This document shows positions 53,092 through 63,272 of a stretch of 64,000 nucleotides of DNA, piece by piece (the stretch's first letter is position 1; each line of letters starts with the position of its first letter). A program made the position numbers and the translations under genes. The stretch is from contig DXLM01000006.1 in NCBI GenBank assembly GCA_019414725.1, positions 4,851-68,850 on the forward strand, written 5' to 3'. The notes beneath the pieces were generated by a model. The model was not told the DNA's origin and did not search any database. It saw only the letters and a list, made by a program, of their open reading frames with translations. The stretch is from Bacteroides sp. Lineage in GTDB: Bacteria > Bacteroidota > Bacteroidia > Bacteroidales > Bacteroidaceae.

Positions 53092-54528
53092 ATGATTATG
53101 ATTACAGAGGATTTACAGAACCTATATCAAACCTATCTCGGAGAAGTACCCGAAGAGATTGTAGAATTACCCTCATCCGGTTCCAACAGGCGTTATTTCC
53201 GGCTGACCGGAACCCAAAAACTGATTGGCGTATACGGCACTTCCAAAGAAGAAAACGAAGCCTTTCTTTATATGGCAGCACACTTCCGCAAGAAAGGTCT
53301 TCCTGTTCCAGAAGTATACATCTGTTCTGAAGACAAGAATTGTTATTTGCAAGAAGATTTAGGAGATATCCTGTTGTTCAACGCTATTGAAAAAGGGCGG
53401 GCGACCAGCGTCTTCTCCGAAGAGGAGAAAGAAATGCTGCGCAAGACCATCCGCCTACTGCCTTCTATCCAATTTGCCGGAGCAGACGGCTTTGATTTTT
53501 CACACTGTTATCCCCAAGCCGAATTCAACCAACGTTCTATCCTTTGGGACTTGAACTATTTTAAATACTGCTTTTTGAAAGCTACCGGCCTGGAGTTTCA
53601 AGAAGACAAGCTGGAAGATGACTTTCAAAAAATGAGTGATGTACTGCTACGCAGTTCTTCCGCCACTTTTATGTATCGGGATTTCCAAAGCAGAAACGTG
53701 ATGATAAAGGATGGAGCACCCTGGTTCATTGATTTCCAGGGAGGACGTAAAGGACCGTTTTTCTATGACGTAGCCTCTTTCTTATGGCAGGCTAAAGCTA
53801 AATTTCCCGAAACCCTGCGCAACGAACTGTTGGAAGAATATATAGACGCCCTCTCCAAATACAAACCAGTAGACCGTGATTATTTCTTTAGCCAGTTGCG
53901 TCACTTCGTACTCTTCCGCACCTTGCAGGTATTGGGAGCCTACGGTTTCCGTGGCTATTTCGAAAAGAAGCCACATTTCATCCAAAGTGTACCATACGCC
54001 ATCGAGAACCTGCGACAATTGCTTCATAATGAATACCCCGAATATTCCTACCTGTGTTCCGTACTAAAAGACCTGACCGAACTGAAACAATTTAAAGATG
54101 ACTTAAAAAAACGGCAACTCACTGTGAAGGTTATGAGTTTTGCCTACAAAAAAGGAATACCCAACGACCCCACAGGCAACGGTGGCGGGTATGTTTTCGA
54201 CTGCCGTGCCGTAAACAATCCCGGAAAATATGAACGTTACAAACCTTTCACCGGATTAGACGAGCCTGTTATTCGTTTTTTGGAAGAAGACGGGGAAATA
54301 TTCCCATTTTTAAATGCTGCCTATTCTTTAGTGGATGCTTCAGTAAAAAGATACATGGAACGAGGTTTCAGCAATCTGTCTGTATGTTTCGGCTGTACAG
54401 GCGGACAACACCGTTCTGTTTATTCAGCGCAACACATGGCAGAACATATCAATAAAAAATTCGGTGTAAAAGTAGAACTCATACACCGTGAGCAGAATAT
54501 AGAACAAACATTTGAAAGAACATTATGA
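53092..54528 (+). CDS. AmgK-like phosphotransferase fused to a RapZ C-terminal domain
   Basis: GSNRRYFR, QEDLGD, YRDFQSRN, IDFQG; C-terminal SFAYKKG..VFDCR..NP..GCTGGQHRSV. Confidence 0.85.
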   Translation: MIMITEDLQNLYQTYLGEVPEEIVELPSSGSNRRYFRLTGTQKLIGVYGTSKEENEAFLYMAAHFRKKGLPVPEVYICSEDKNCYLQEDLGDILLFNAIEKGRATSVFSEEEKEMLRKTIRLLPSIQFAGADGFDFSHCYPQAEFNQRSILWDLNYFKYCFLKATGLEFQEDKLEDDFQKMSDVLLRSSSATFMYRDFQSRNVMIKDGAPWFIDFQGGRKGPFFYDVASFLWQAKAKFPETLRNELLEEYIDALSKYKPVDRDYFFSQLRHFVLFRTLQVLGAYGFRGYFEKKPHFIQSVPYAIENLRQLLHNEYPEYSYLCSVLKDLTELKQFKDDLKKRQLTVKVMSFAYKKGIPNDPTGNGGGYVFDCRAVNNPGKYERYKPFTGLDEPVIRFLEEDGEIFPFLNAAYSLVDASVKRYMERGFSNLSVCFGCTGGQHRSVYSAQHMAEHINKKFGVKVELIHREQNIEQTFERTL

Positions 54529-55370
54529 AAGCAATGATTTTTGCCGCCGGACTAGGCAGCCGACTTAAACCTATAACAGACACCCGTCCCAAAGCTTTAG
54601 TAACGGTAGGTGGAAAAACCATGTTAGAGCACATCATCTTAAAGCTGAAAGCAGCAGGATTTGATGAAATAGTGATCAACGTACACCACTTTTCCAATCA
54701 GATTCTTGCTTTTCTGGAAGCTAACCAGAACTTTGGAGTCAACATACAAATCTCGGACGAAACAGACTGCCTGCTTGATACCGGCGGCGGTTTGGAAAAA
54801 GCATACCATTTATTATACCATCCTGAGAATATGTTTACCCAAAAAGGCGAAACCCCGTATGAACTGATATTCGAAAATCTGAACAAAGGGATGGATGAGG
54901 AAGAGATAATCGAAAAAACCTTAGGAGTTATGCGGAAAGAATGCTACTTGCTCCACAACGTAGATATCCTTTCCAATTGCGATTTTGAAAGTCTGATGTA
55001 TTATCACCAGCACAGTCCTAACATCAATGCCACCCTTTTAGTCAGCCAGCGCAAGACCTCCCGTTACCTGTTGTTTAATGACGACAATCTGTTATGTGGC
55101 TGGGTCAATAAGGACACCATGGAAACCAAACCGGCAGGATTCCGGTATAGAGAAGGGGAATACCAGGAATACGCCTATAGCGGAATACAAGTGACCACCC
55201 CTAAAATTTTACATCTCCTTCCCAAAGGAAAATATTCCATTATCGATTTCTATCTCTCCATATGTCACAGGGTCGACATCCAGTGCTATGTAGAAGATGA
55301 CTTGCAATTGCTTGATATCGGCAAACCCGAAAATCTGGAAAAAGCGGAAGAGTTTCTCAGTAAATTCTAA
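54525..55370 (+). CDS. Nucleotidyltransferase (MurU-like)
   Basis: MIFAAGLGSRLKPITDTRPKAL, LLDTGGG, HNVD, DIG; ATGA coupling to the upstream gene. Confidence 0.85.
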   Translation: MKAMIFAAGLGSRLKPITDTRPKALVTVGGKTMLEHIILKLKAAGFDEIVINVHHFSNQILAFLEANQNFGVNIQISDETDCLLDTGGGLEKAYHLLYHPENMFTQKGETPYELIFENLNKGMDEEEIIEKTLGVMRKECYLLHNVDILSNCDFESLMYYHQHSPNINATLLVSQRKTSRYLLFNDDNLLCGWVNKDTMETKPAGFRYREGEYQEYAYSGIQVTTPKILHLLPKGKYSIIDFYLSICHRVDIQCYVEDDLQLLDIGKPENLEKAEEFLSKF

Positions 55371-55397
55371 GCAGTCCTAAAAATATATCCATAACAT

Positions 55398-55449
55398 AAA
55401 ACAGTATCCCGCCTAAAATAACCCATTATTTCAGGCGGGATACTGTTTT
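55398..55449. terminator. Terminator hairpin
   Basis: AAAACAGTATCCCGCCT / AGGCGGGATACTGTTTT. Confidence 0.75.
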
Positions 55450-55516
55450 GTTTTGCTAGCAAACAGCTTCTTATTCTTTCGAATAAAATGGGCAGATAAA
55501 AAAAGTCGTAATTTTA

Positions 55517-55565
55517 TGAAGTGCCCCCCAAAAGTTTTGTGTTTAACTTTTTTAGGGGGCACTTC
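55517..55565. repeat. Imperfect palindrome directly after the metH stop
   Basis: GAAGTGCCCCCCAAAAGTT / AACTTTTTTAGGGGGCACTTC. Confidence 0.6.
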
Positions 55566-55566
55566 T

Positions 55567-58320
55567 TTATGACCAAAGGTTCAATTTATTTTTCTGAGCT
55601 TCTGCCAAAGATACCGTTTTTACCTGCTTGGCACTGTTTTTCAGACGAAGATCCTCATATTCTTTGTTCAGCCTTTCCACAAACTCAAAAGAAGATTCCG
55701 GATTCAGCAAACGGGCGGCTACCAAGGCATTCTGTGAAGCATCTTTCATGTGAATGACCGGACCTCCATAAACAGGTGCTATTTTCAAGGCAGTATGCAG
55801 CTTGGAAGTAGTGGCTCCTCCAATCATAATGGGAATGTCCAGCCCCGCACGCTTTAACTCTACAGCCACATGCGCCATTTCTTCCAATGATGGAGTAATC
55901 AGCCCGCTTAATCCTATTATATCCACCTTTTCCTCTATAGCCTTCCTGACTATCATTTCGGCAGGAACCATCACGCCAAGGTCTATAATTTCATAGTTAT
56001 TACAAGCCATGACCACTGATACGATATTCTTCCCAATATCATGCACATCCCCTTTTACGGTAGCCATCAATACTTTTCCTGCACTGCGGACACCTTCCTG
56101 TTTGTCGGCCTCAATGAGCGGCTGCAAAATCGCTACCGCCTTTTTCATGGTACGGGCAGTCTTCACAACTTGCGGTAAAAACATTTTCCCTGCTCCAAAC
56201 AATTCTCCGACTTTATTCATACCTTCCATTAGCGGACCCTCAATAATATCCACTGCTTTAGGATACAGTTTAACCGCTTCTGCCAAATCCTCTTCCAAAT
56301 GATCGCCAATGCCTTTTATCAAGGCATACTGAAGCCGTTTCTCTACCATCGGTTCCTCACGCCACACATCCTGTTTCACCGCTTCTGTTCCGGTCGCCGT
56401 ATTTTTCAACGCCTCAGCAGTCTCTATCAAACGTTCGGCAGCATCGGGCCTACGGTTTAAGACCACATCCTCTATCCGTTCCAGCACATCAGCAGGAATA
56501 TCCGTATAGAGCACCGAAGCAGCAGGATTTACAATACCCATATCCATACCTTGACGGATAGCGTGATAAAGAAACACGGCATGCATCGCCTCACGGATAT
56601 AGTTATTTCCACGGAAGGAGAACGACAGGTTGCTCACGCCACCACTGACGTGTGCACCGGGCAAATTCTTTTTGATCCATCCGGTAGCCTTGATAAAATC
56701 CACCGCATAATTATCATGTTCCTCAATACCCGTAGCCACAGCCAGTACATTAGGGTCGAAAATGATATCATGAGGATTAAAATCCACCTGTTCTGTCAAT
56801 ATTTTATAAGCACGGGCACAGACTTCAATCTTACGTTCAAAAGTATCTGCCTGTCCTTTTTCATCGAAAGCCATCACTACAACGGCAGCTCCCAGTTTTT
56901 TTATCAGACGGGCATGTTCTATAAATATCTCCTCCCCTTCCTTCAAAGAAATAGAATTGACAATGGACTTTCCTTGCAGGCATTTCAGTCCGGCCTCAAT
57001 GACTTCCCACTTGGAAGAGTCAATCATAACAGGTACACGGGCTATGTCGGGTTCGGACATGACCAGATTCAAGAAAGTAGTCATCTCCTCCCGGGCATCC
57101 AGCAAACCGTCATCCATATTTACATCAATCACCAAAGCACCGTCTTCCACCTGCTTGCGAGCGATACTTAGCGCTTCCTCATATTTCTTTTCATTGATTA
57201 AACGGAGGAACTTACGGGATCCGGCCACATTGCACCGTTCGCCTACATTAATAAAATTCATTTCGGGAGTCTGCTCCAACAGCTCCAACCCGGAAAGCCA
57301 CAGCCTCTCAGGAGTGGTGGCAGGGATATGAGGAGATACCCAGGCAGAACCGGAAACGATCAATTCCTGATATTTTGCAATATATTCCTCCGTTGTACCA
57401 CAACAACCACCGATAATGTTTACTAATCCTTCATCGATATATTCCTTCACTTCTGAAGCCATTTCCTCCGGAGTCTGGTCATACTGTCCCAAACTGTTAG
57501 GAAGTCCGGCATTGGGATAGGCACTTATATAATAAGGTGCCCGTGCAGCCAGCCCTTCCAGAAAAGGTTTCAATTGTTTCGCTCCGAACGAGCAGTTCAG
57601 GCCGATAGAAAAAATAGGCGCATGCTGTACGGATGCCAGAAAAGCATCCAATGTTTGCCCCGAAAGAGTACGTCCTGCAATATCCGAAACAGTAACAGAA
57701 AGCATAAGAGGAACCTCACGCCCTACCTTCTTCATTGCCGTTTCCGCAGCATAAATGGCCGCTTTGGCATTCAGGGAATCGAAAATGGTTTCTATCAGAA
57801 GCGCATCCACTCCTCCTTCCAGCAAAGCTTCCATTTGTTCCTGATAGGCAGCGGCCAGTTCATCGTATGTCAAAGCACGCAAGGCCGGATTATTGACATC
57901 CGGACTCATGGAACAAGTTTTGTTGGTAGGACCTACCGAACCTGCTACAAATCTAGGTTTATGAGGGGTCTTCGCGGTATATTCGTCAGCCATTTCGCGA
58001 GCAAGTCCGGCAGCGGCCAGATTAATCTCACGGCACAAATCCTGCATATGATAATCTGCCATCGAAACCCGTTGGGCATTGAACGTATTTGTTTCAATAA
58101 TATCAGCCCCTGCTTCCAGATATTTATGGTGGATATCCTTTATCACATCAGGGCGGGTAAGACAAAGCAAGTCATTATTGCCCTTCATCTGTCCGGGCAT
58201 CTCAGCAAAACGCTCTCCCCGGAAATCCTGTTCAGACAAATTATACCTTTGTATCATAGTTCCCATTGCACCATCAAGAATGAGAACTCTCTCGTCAATT
58301 AGTTGTTTTAATGTAGCCAT
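55567..58320 (-). CDS. metH: B12-dependent methionine synthase (no C-terminal activation domain)
   Basis: LDGAMGT, GGCCGT, GERCN and cobalamin-binding DVHDIGK motifs. Confidence 0.95.
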   Translation of the reverse strand: MATLKQLIDERVLILDGAMGTMIQRYNLSEQDFRGERFAEMPGQMKGNNDLLCLTRPDVIKDIHHKYLEAGADIIETNTFNAQRVSMADYHMQDLCREINLAAAGLAREMADEYTAKTPHKPRFVAGSVGPTNKTCSMSPDVNNPALRALTYDELAAAYQEQMEALLEGGVDALLIETIFDSLNAKAAIYAAETAMKKVGREVPLMLSVTVSDIAGRTLSGQTLDAFLASVQHAPIFSIGLNCSFGAKQLKPFLEGLAARAPYYISAYPNAGLPNSLGQYDQTPEEMASEVKEYIDEGLVNIIGGCCGTTEEYIAKYQELIVSGSAWVSPHIPATTPERLWLSGLELLEQTPEMNFINVGERCNVAGSRKFLRLINEKKYEEALSIARKQVEDGALVIDVNMDDGLLDAREEMTTFLNLVMSEPDIARVPVMIDSSKWEVIEAGLKCLQGKSIVNSISLKEGEEIFIEHARLIKKLGAAVVVMAFDEKGQADTFERKIEVCARAYKILTEQVDFNPHDIIFDPNVLAVATGIEEHDNYAVDFIKATGWIKKNLPGAHVSGGVSNLSFSFRGNNYIREAMHAVFLYHAIRQGMDMGIVNPAASVLYTDIPADVLERIEDVVLNRRPDAAERLIETAEALKNTATGTEAVKQDVWREEPMVEKRLQYALIKGIGDHLEEDLAEAVKLYPKAVDIIEGPLMEGMNKVGELFGAGKMFLPQVVKTARTMKKAVAILQPLIEADKQEGVRSAGKVLMATVKGDVHDIGKNIVSVVMACNNYEIIDLGVMVPAEMIVRKAIEEKVDIIGLSGLITPSLEEMAHVAVELKRAGLDIPIMIGGATTSKLHTALKIAPVYGGPVIHMKDASQNALVAARLLNPESSFEFVERLNKEYEDLRLKNSAKQVKTVSLAEAQKNKLNLWS

Positions 58321-58357
58321 AAGTCTATTTTTGGGGTACGGATAACACGGATTTCAC

Positions 58358-58810
58358 TTACCTTTTAAACATACGGTCCATTTCGCGACGGTCGTCCTTC
58401 TCTTTCAATGACTCGCGCTTATCATATTGTTTCTTACCTTTAGCCAATGCGACAACCAGCTTCGCCAGTCCTTTCTCATTAATAAACAGACGGACAGGAA
58501 CAATCGTAAAACCGGGGTTCTTTCCGGCTTCTTCCAATTTCCGCAGTTCTTTCTTATTCAACAACAATTTACGTTCGCGACGGGCAGAATGGTTATTGTA
58601 TGAGCCGTAAAAGTATTCGGCTATGTGCATATTCTTCACCCACAACTCGCCTTGCACAAAATAACAATAGGTATCTACCAGACTGGCTTTGCCCAAACGG
58701 ATGGACTTTATCTCGGTTCCCGTGAGCACGATACCTGCCGTGTACGTATCGATAAATTCATAATCGAACGATGCACGCTTATTCTTTATATTAATAGGAG
58801 TCGGTTTCAT
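58358..58810 (-). CDS. smpB: SsrA-binding protein
   Basis: [35 protein letters not shown]. Confidence 0.97.
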   Translation of the reverse strand: MKPTPINIKNKRASFDYEFIDTYTAGIVLTGTEIKSIRLGKASLVDTYCYFVQGELWVKNMHIAEYFYGSYNNHSARRERKLLLNKKELRKLEEAGKNPGFTIVPVRLFINEKGLAKLVVALAKGKKQYDKRESLKEKDDRREMDRMFKR

Positions 58811-59379
58811 TAATTTAAAATAACAGATAACTCATTAAACACAGCGGCAATCAATGCCGGACAAACAATTATAATAACTGAAGCAATCAAGGTGTATCGT
58901 GTCAGTTTCTCTTCATTTACCTTCATCAGGGTACGCGCCCCCTCGAACACCACGAATATAGTATAAAATTGCAATATCCAATGGAGAATGGAAATAGAGA
59001 ACAACCCACTGACAATATCGAGCACAAAAGTCACTACCATAGAATAACCTACAAACTGCTGATTTAGTTCATACTGGTCTTCACGTCCTAACAGTTTCTT
59101 GCCCAACTGGTCTATGGCGTATGCCGCCAAAAAATATCCTCCGAACAAGGATACAAATATAGCACAACATCGTGTCATTGCTATCTGGAAAGCAGCGACC
59201 CCTGCCGTATTCCCAATGAATGTACCTATAAAAACGGACAATCCGCATAAACCTATCATGGGATAAACAAATGCTCCCAGCACTTTACGCCTATCCTCTT
59301 CCTTGCCAATTTCCTCCCATGCTTTTGCCGGAGATGAAATCAGCGATATTACTCGTTTAAATAAATCTTTGTAATTCAA
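58810..59379 (-). CDS. Yip1 family membrane protein
   Basis: [10 protein letters not shown]-terminal motif followed by about 5 TM helices; TTG start. Confidence 0.75.
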   Translation of the reverse strand: MNYKDLFKRVISLISSPAKAWEEIGKEEDRRKVLGAFVYPMIGLCGLSVFIGTFIGNTAGVAAFQIAMTRCCAIFVSLFGGYFLAAYAIDQLGKKLLGREDQYELNQQFVGYSMVVTFVLDIVSGLFSISILHWILQFYTIFVVFEGARTLMKVNEEKLTRYTLIASVIIIVCPALIAAVFNELSVILN

Positions 59380-59753
59380 TGCCTAATCTATTTACCTCAG
59401 TTCAACTTCAATGAAATGCAAAGGTAATTAATTCACTGGAATAAACGAATAAAAAAACGCATACTTCTCTTGGGAGAATCAAAAAAATAAGCCTACTTTT
59501 ATTATAGATTCAGACTTTCTTTATTTGATTCGAAGATTATTTCATCTCATAATAATACATTTAGAGAAATTCTTCTATACCTTAATCAAAAAGAAAGATA
59601 ACTTCCGGAGAATATATGCTTATCTTTCGATATATTCAACCAGTGATATTCTAAATTCATTAGGTCAAAATAAAAATTTCGCATCCCAAAACTTTCCCAT
59701 CGGCACAGCTGTTACAGAAATTATGCACGATGCGAAATTAAAATCAAAGTATT

Positions 59754-60674
59754 ATGGATGACAAAGAAAAAAATGCAGAAGTGGCAAAAGCCATAAAATT
59801 ACCAGACTTGGCATCTTACATGCAAGTAGTAATCAAACAGTTGGAAATAGACAAAAAATGGTCAGCAGTACATACATATACTTATACACTGAAATCCGTT
59901 ACGGAGTTTTACGGAGGAAAAGGAACACCTGTGCCAATAGATGAAGCTTTCACATCTGGCAGGTTAAAAGAGTATGAGGAATGGATGAGACTGGAAGGAA
60001 CAAGAAACAGAAAGACCGACAAGAAAAGGTCAGATAGAAAACATGGAGTACCGAAAGGCCTGAGTTTGAATACTATATCAACCTATATGCGAACCCTGAA
60101 AGCTGTATATAACCGACTTGCCGATAAAAAAATACTGCCTTATAACCCGAAGCTATTCGATAATGTATACACAAAGGTAGAATCACAGACCAAACGAGCA
60201 CTGGATACAAAACAAATGAATACACTACTGCACACCGATATAGAAAAATTGCCCAAAGAGATGCAATGTGCATTGGCATATTTCTTACTAATGTTTCTAT
60301 TCCGGGGAATGCCATTCATTGACCTTGCCCATCTACGAAAACAAGATGTGAAAGGAAAATATATTGTATATAGCCGTCACAAAACAGGACGACAGATAAC
60401 AGTGCGCATTCCTAAAGAAGCAATGAAACTGATAGAGAAGTTCAAGAATATGAATTATGATTCCATTTATCTATTTCCGATTCTAGACAAAAAAAACGCA
60501 GCAAAGGAACAGAGTCAGAAAAATGGAAAAATAAAAAAAGATAAAGAGCTATATATGAACTATCTCCGAGTACTGCGCAACTTCAACTTGAAGCTAGAAA
60601 AAATAGCGACATTGTTACTGCCTGATGTAAAGCTCAGTTCATACACGCCGAAACACAATGCTTTTGCTATCTAA
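59754..60674 (+). pseudogene. Tyrosine recombinase/invertase truncated at the HxxR-equivalent motif
   Basis: SAM-like domain (NTISTYMRTLKAVYNR), RGMPFIDL, RHKT; ends SSYTPKHNAFAI* without the GH and catalytic Tyr. Confidence 0.8.
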
Positions 60675-61279
60675 CTGAAAATTAAATAGTTCTCTTGTTA
60701 TTTTTATTTAATAGGTAACTATTTAGAAACGAGCGAAATTCAGCGGCTTGTTTCATCTTGCATACATTCAAAGGACGTTTTTGTTATGCAAAAATAAGGT
60801 TTTCAAGTGAGAAGAACAAAATATCCTTAGGCTTTATCTCCTAAAAACTACCAATAATGGGGGGCTGGAAAACAATCCTCCTTTTGAAGATATTTCTCTT
60901 CTTTTATGTACATATCCGCGTATGCTTTGCGGAACAAATGTCTTTTTCTATTATTAATATTCATCATTTCCTTTTTTGCCAAACGCATCTTACTATCAGG
61001 TCTGTCCTTTTTTCTATAGTTGTGTCCCTGGCATAAGACTGTCCTGCCGGGTTACGGGTATGGAAGTGTTCCTCTTCCCCTTTGTCTGGCGGTTGCATCT
61101 CAAAGGTTCATCCCGGGCAAGGCAGCCGGTAACACAAGCAGGGCGGTCCGTCGGAGTCCACGTAATAATTTCACATTTTCTGTGTTTCTTTCTGTAAGGC
61201 TTCCTTCAGCGTCTGCTTGTCCAGTGTTTTCTGTTTCGACATGAGCAGCTGCAGGGCGCAACGGCGCACCACGTTGGTT

Positions 61280-61533
61280 ATGGAAGGAAAGGTAAAAATA
61301 ATAAAAGAATTGATTCGCTTCAATAAAAATCCAGTTTTTTTCATATCGGACATTATACCTTTGTTGTTTCGGGTATATTAAAAGGCGTGCCATAAGAAAC
61401 TTTACAAAAGTATTAGGACACAAAATCAATCTTTTCTATGCAGATATATGCTGAACTGATTAACCCAAAGGTCGGAGAAGATACGGACAAAATTTTCGAT
61501 AAGATTAGTTTCATATATCGCTTAGCTAATTAG
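61280..61533 (+). pseudogene. Degenerate C-terminal fragment of a second tyrosine integrase
   Basis: FHIGHYTFVVSGILKGVP*ETLQK/(frameshift)VLGH/KSIFSMQIYAELINPKVGED, resembling FHxARHTF...GVPxETxxKxLGH...TQIYA. Confidence 0.7.
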
Positions 61534-61599
61534 AAATGTATTCTACATAGAGATACACTTGGCACAAAAAACATCGTAAGATATATAACTTGATGCAAT

Positions 61600-62334
61600 C
61601 CTTTCCGCACAGCCATGCAAGCGTCGGAACAAACAGGCGGGATATTTGACGTAACTTGTGCACCGCTTATCAACCTGTGGGGATTTGGCTTTACAAAGTT
61701 TGACAGCATCACTCCGCAACTCGTAGACAGTATCCGCCACTTTGTAGGCTTCCGAAAAGTGCGTTTACAGGGCAACCGTGTGATGAAAGACGATCCCCGC
61801 ATCCTGCTCAATTTCTCGGTGCTCGGCGGCGGTACTATCTGTAACATAATCGCGTGTTTGTTCGACCGCAAAGGCATATCGAACTATATGATAGACATCG
61901 GCGGCGAAATGATAGCGAAAGGAAAGAACCCGCAAGGGTGGAATTGGTGCATTGGCATTGTCAGACCGAAGGATGACAGTACCGGAACAAACTCCGAGCT
62001 TGAACAAATTGTGCAACTGTCGGAACGGCTGGGACTCGCAACTTCCGGCAACTACCGTAATTTCTATCTGAAAGATGGAAGGAAATACGCTCATGCCATC
62101 AATCCGATAACAGGATATCCGGTTCAAAAGGATATATTGAGTGCTACAATTATTGCCCATCAGTGCATGCTTGCTGATGCCTATGCAACGGCCTTTATGA
62201 CGTTGGGGAGCCGCAAAGCCCGTCAGTTGTAGAAAGAGCATCCGGAAATTGACAATTTCATTATCTATACGGACAGTTGCGGAAACTACCGGACAGAGTA
62301 CTCGCCGCGAATGAAAAGGTATCTGGCAGATTAA
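61600..62334 (+). pseudogene. apbE: FAD:protein FMN transferase (ApbE) fragment
   Basis: FDVTCAPLINLWGFG, DIGGE, ATSGNYR, ADAYATA; N-terminus missing; in-frame TAG at 62230 with similarity continuing to TAA at 62334. Confidence 0.8.
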
Positions 62335-62445
62335 TGTTTTCTATATTCCTGCGGAGTAGAGCCGGTGAACCGTTTAAAGAATTGGGTGAAGAACGCCGTA
62401 TTTTCAAATCCCAGCGAATGGGCTATCTCCTTTACGAACATATAC
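62331..62445 (-). pseudogene. AraC-family HTH C-terminal fragment
   Basis: VKEIAHSLGFENTAFFTQFFKRFTGSTPQEYRKH*. Confidence 0.75.
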
Positions 62446-62813
62446 GCAATTACTTCGGCGTGAAAGTGACAAAGGGAGTCGCTTTCCAGTTTATGGTGAA
62501 CAACCTGTTGAGCAAGGAGTGCGGCTATCGTTCGATAACATTCATGGTGAAATTGGATATTACTTTTTAACAGTAGAAGGATAATAACCAGGAGCCGTAA
62601 TGGAGAGATTACTTTCGTTACGACTCCTTTCGCATGCCGTCTGCATGATTTTAACGTCTCAACTCTCTTATTCACAGTCGTTAGACCATGTGTAGCCATG
62701 TGTATCGCATTCCACATCATTGTAGAAAAAATGCCCATCAGACATTTGCATTATGCAATATGAATAATTCATAAGGGTCTGTTTTACAGCAATATGATAA
62801 ATATCCATTTATT

Positions 62814-62828
62814 TGGCACGGTGATTGT
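62814..62828 (+). promoter_or_regulatory. Sigma-54 (-24/-12)-like promoter
   Basis: TGGCACG-GTGA-TTGT versus consensus TGGCACG-N4-TTGC. Confidence 0.6.
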
Positions 62829-62880
62829 CTATTCTTTAGCGTAAGACGATAAGATGTTTAACAATTTAATAATTAGCATT

Positions 62881-63186
62881 ATGAAAAAGGTATTGTTTGC
62901 AGTAGCACTGGTAATGGGATTAGGTAGTTCAGTAGCATTCGCTAACAACATGGCATCAGATGTTGAAATCGTTGCAATGGTGAACGAGTTTAAACCGATT
63001 GATATAAAGGAACTCCCGCAGGCAGTTCAGGACGCCATCAAGAAAGACTATGCTGAATCCACCATTAAGGAAGCAGCCGTAGAAGTGGCAGAAGATGGCG
63101 TAAAGACTTATAAAGTAACTTTGGTTGATGCCGTCGGAACCGAAAGCGTTGTGTTTTTCAACGAAAAAGGTGAAATGCTGAAATAA
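62881..63186 (+). CDS. Small secreted PepSY-like/DUF2874-like protein
   Basis: MKKVLFAVALVMGLGSSVAFA signal peptide; IDIKELPQAVQDAIKKDY...FNEKGE. Confidence 0.8.
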   Translation: MKKVLFAVALVMGLGSSVAFANNMASDVEIVAMVNEFKPIDIKELPQAVQDAIKKDYAESTIKEAAVEVAEDGVKTYKVTLVDAVGTESVVFFNEKGEMLK

Positions 63187-63235
63187 TTCTGAATGGTTAT
63201 TTAGGATAACAGTTACATTTGCACATAAAATAAAC

Positions 63236-63272
63236 AAGGCTGTCTCAAATAAACTTTGGGATGGCCTTTTTT
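63236..63272 (+). terminator. Terminator-like hairpin, possibly containing the IS left end
   Basis: AAGGCTGTCTCAAA / TTTGGGATGGCCTT followed by a T-run. Confidence 0.6.

Noticed and set aside
55567..58320. metH is about 300 aa shorter than E. coli MetH, suggesting truncation
   Set aside because: Bacteroides MetH of about 915 aa with a separately encoded activation domain is, to my knowledge, normal, and the ORF ends cleanly after the cobalamin domain.
1010..58345. Numerous long antisense or alternate-frame ORFs (e.g. 1227-2144, 5953-6645, 45250-45963, 57574-58302)
   Set aside because: They are shadows of well-supported genes and carry no recognisable motifs.
58321..58357. Cobalamin or SAM riboswitch upstream of metH
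   Set aside because: Only 37 bp separate smpB and metH, which is too short.
59380..59753. tRNA/tmRNA integration site or invertible promoter upstream of the recombinase
   Set aside because: No tRNA or ssrA-like sequence, and no GTTAC-N7-GTAAC or other clear IR pair found by eye.
60976..61429. Short ORFs in the decayed element
   Set aside because: No recognisable family; they overlap each other and the integrase fossil.
62230..62232. In-frame TAG in apbE as programmed readthrough or pyrrolysine
   Set aside because: The gene also lacks its N-terminus and sits among pseudogenes; a simple nonsense mutation is more likely.
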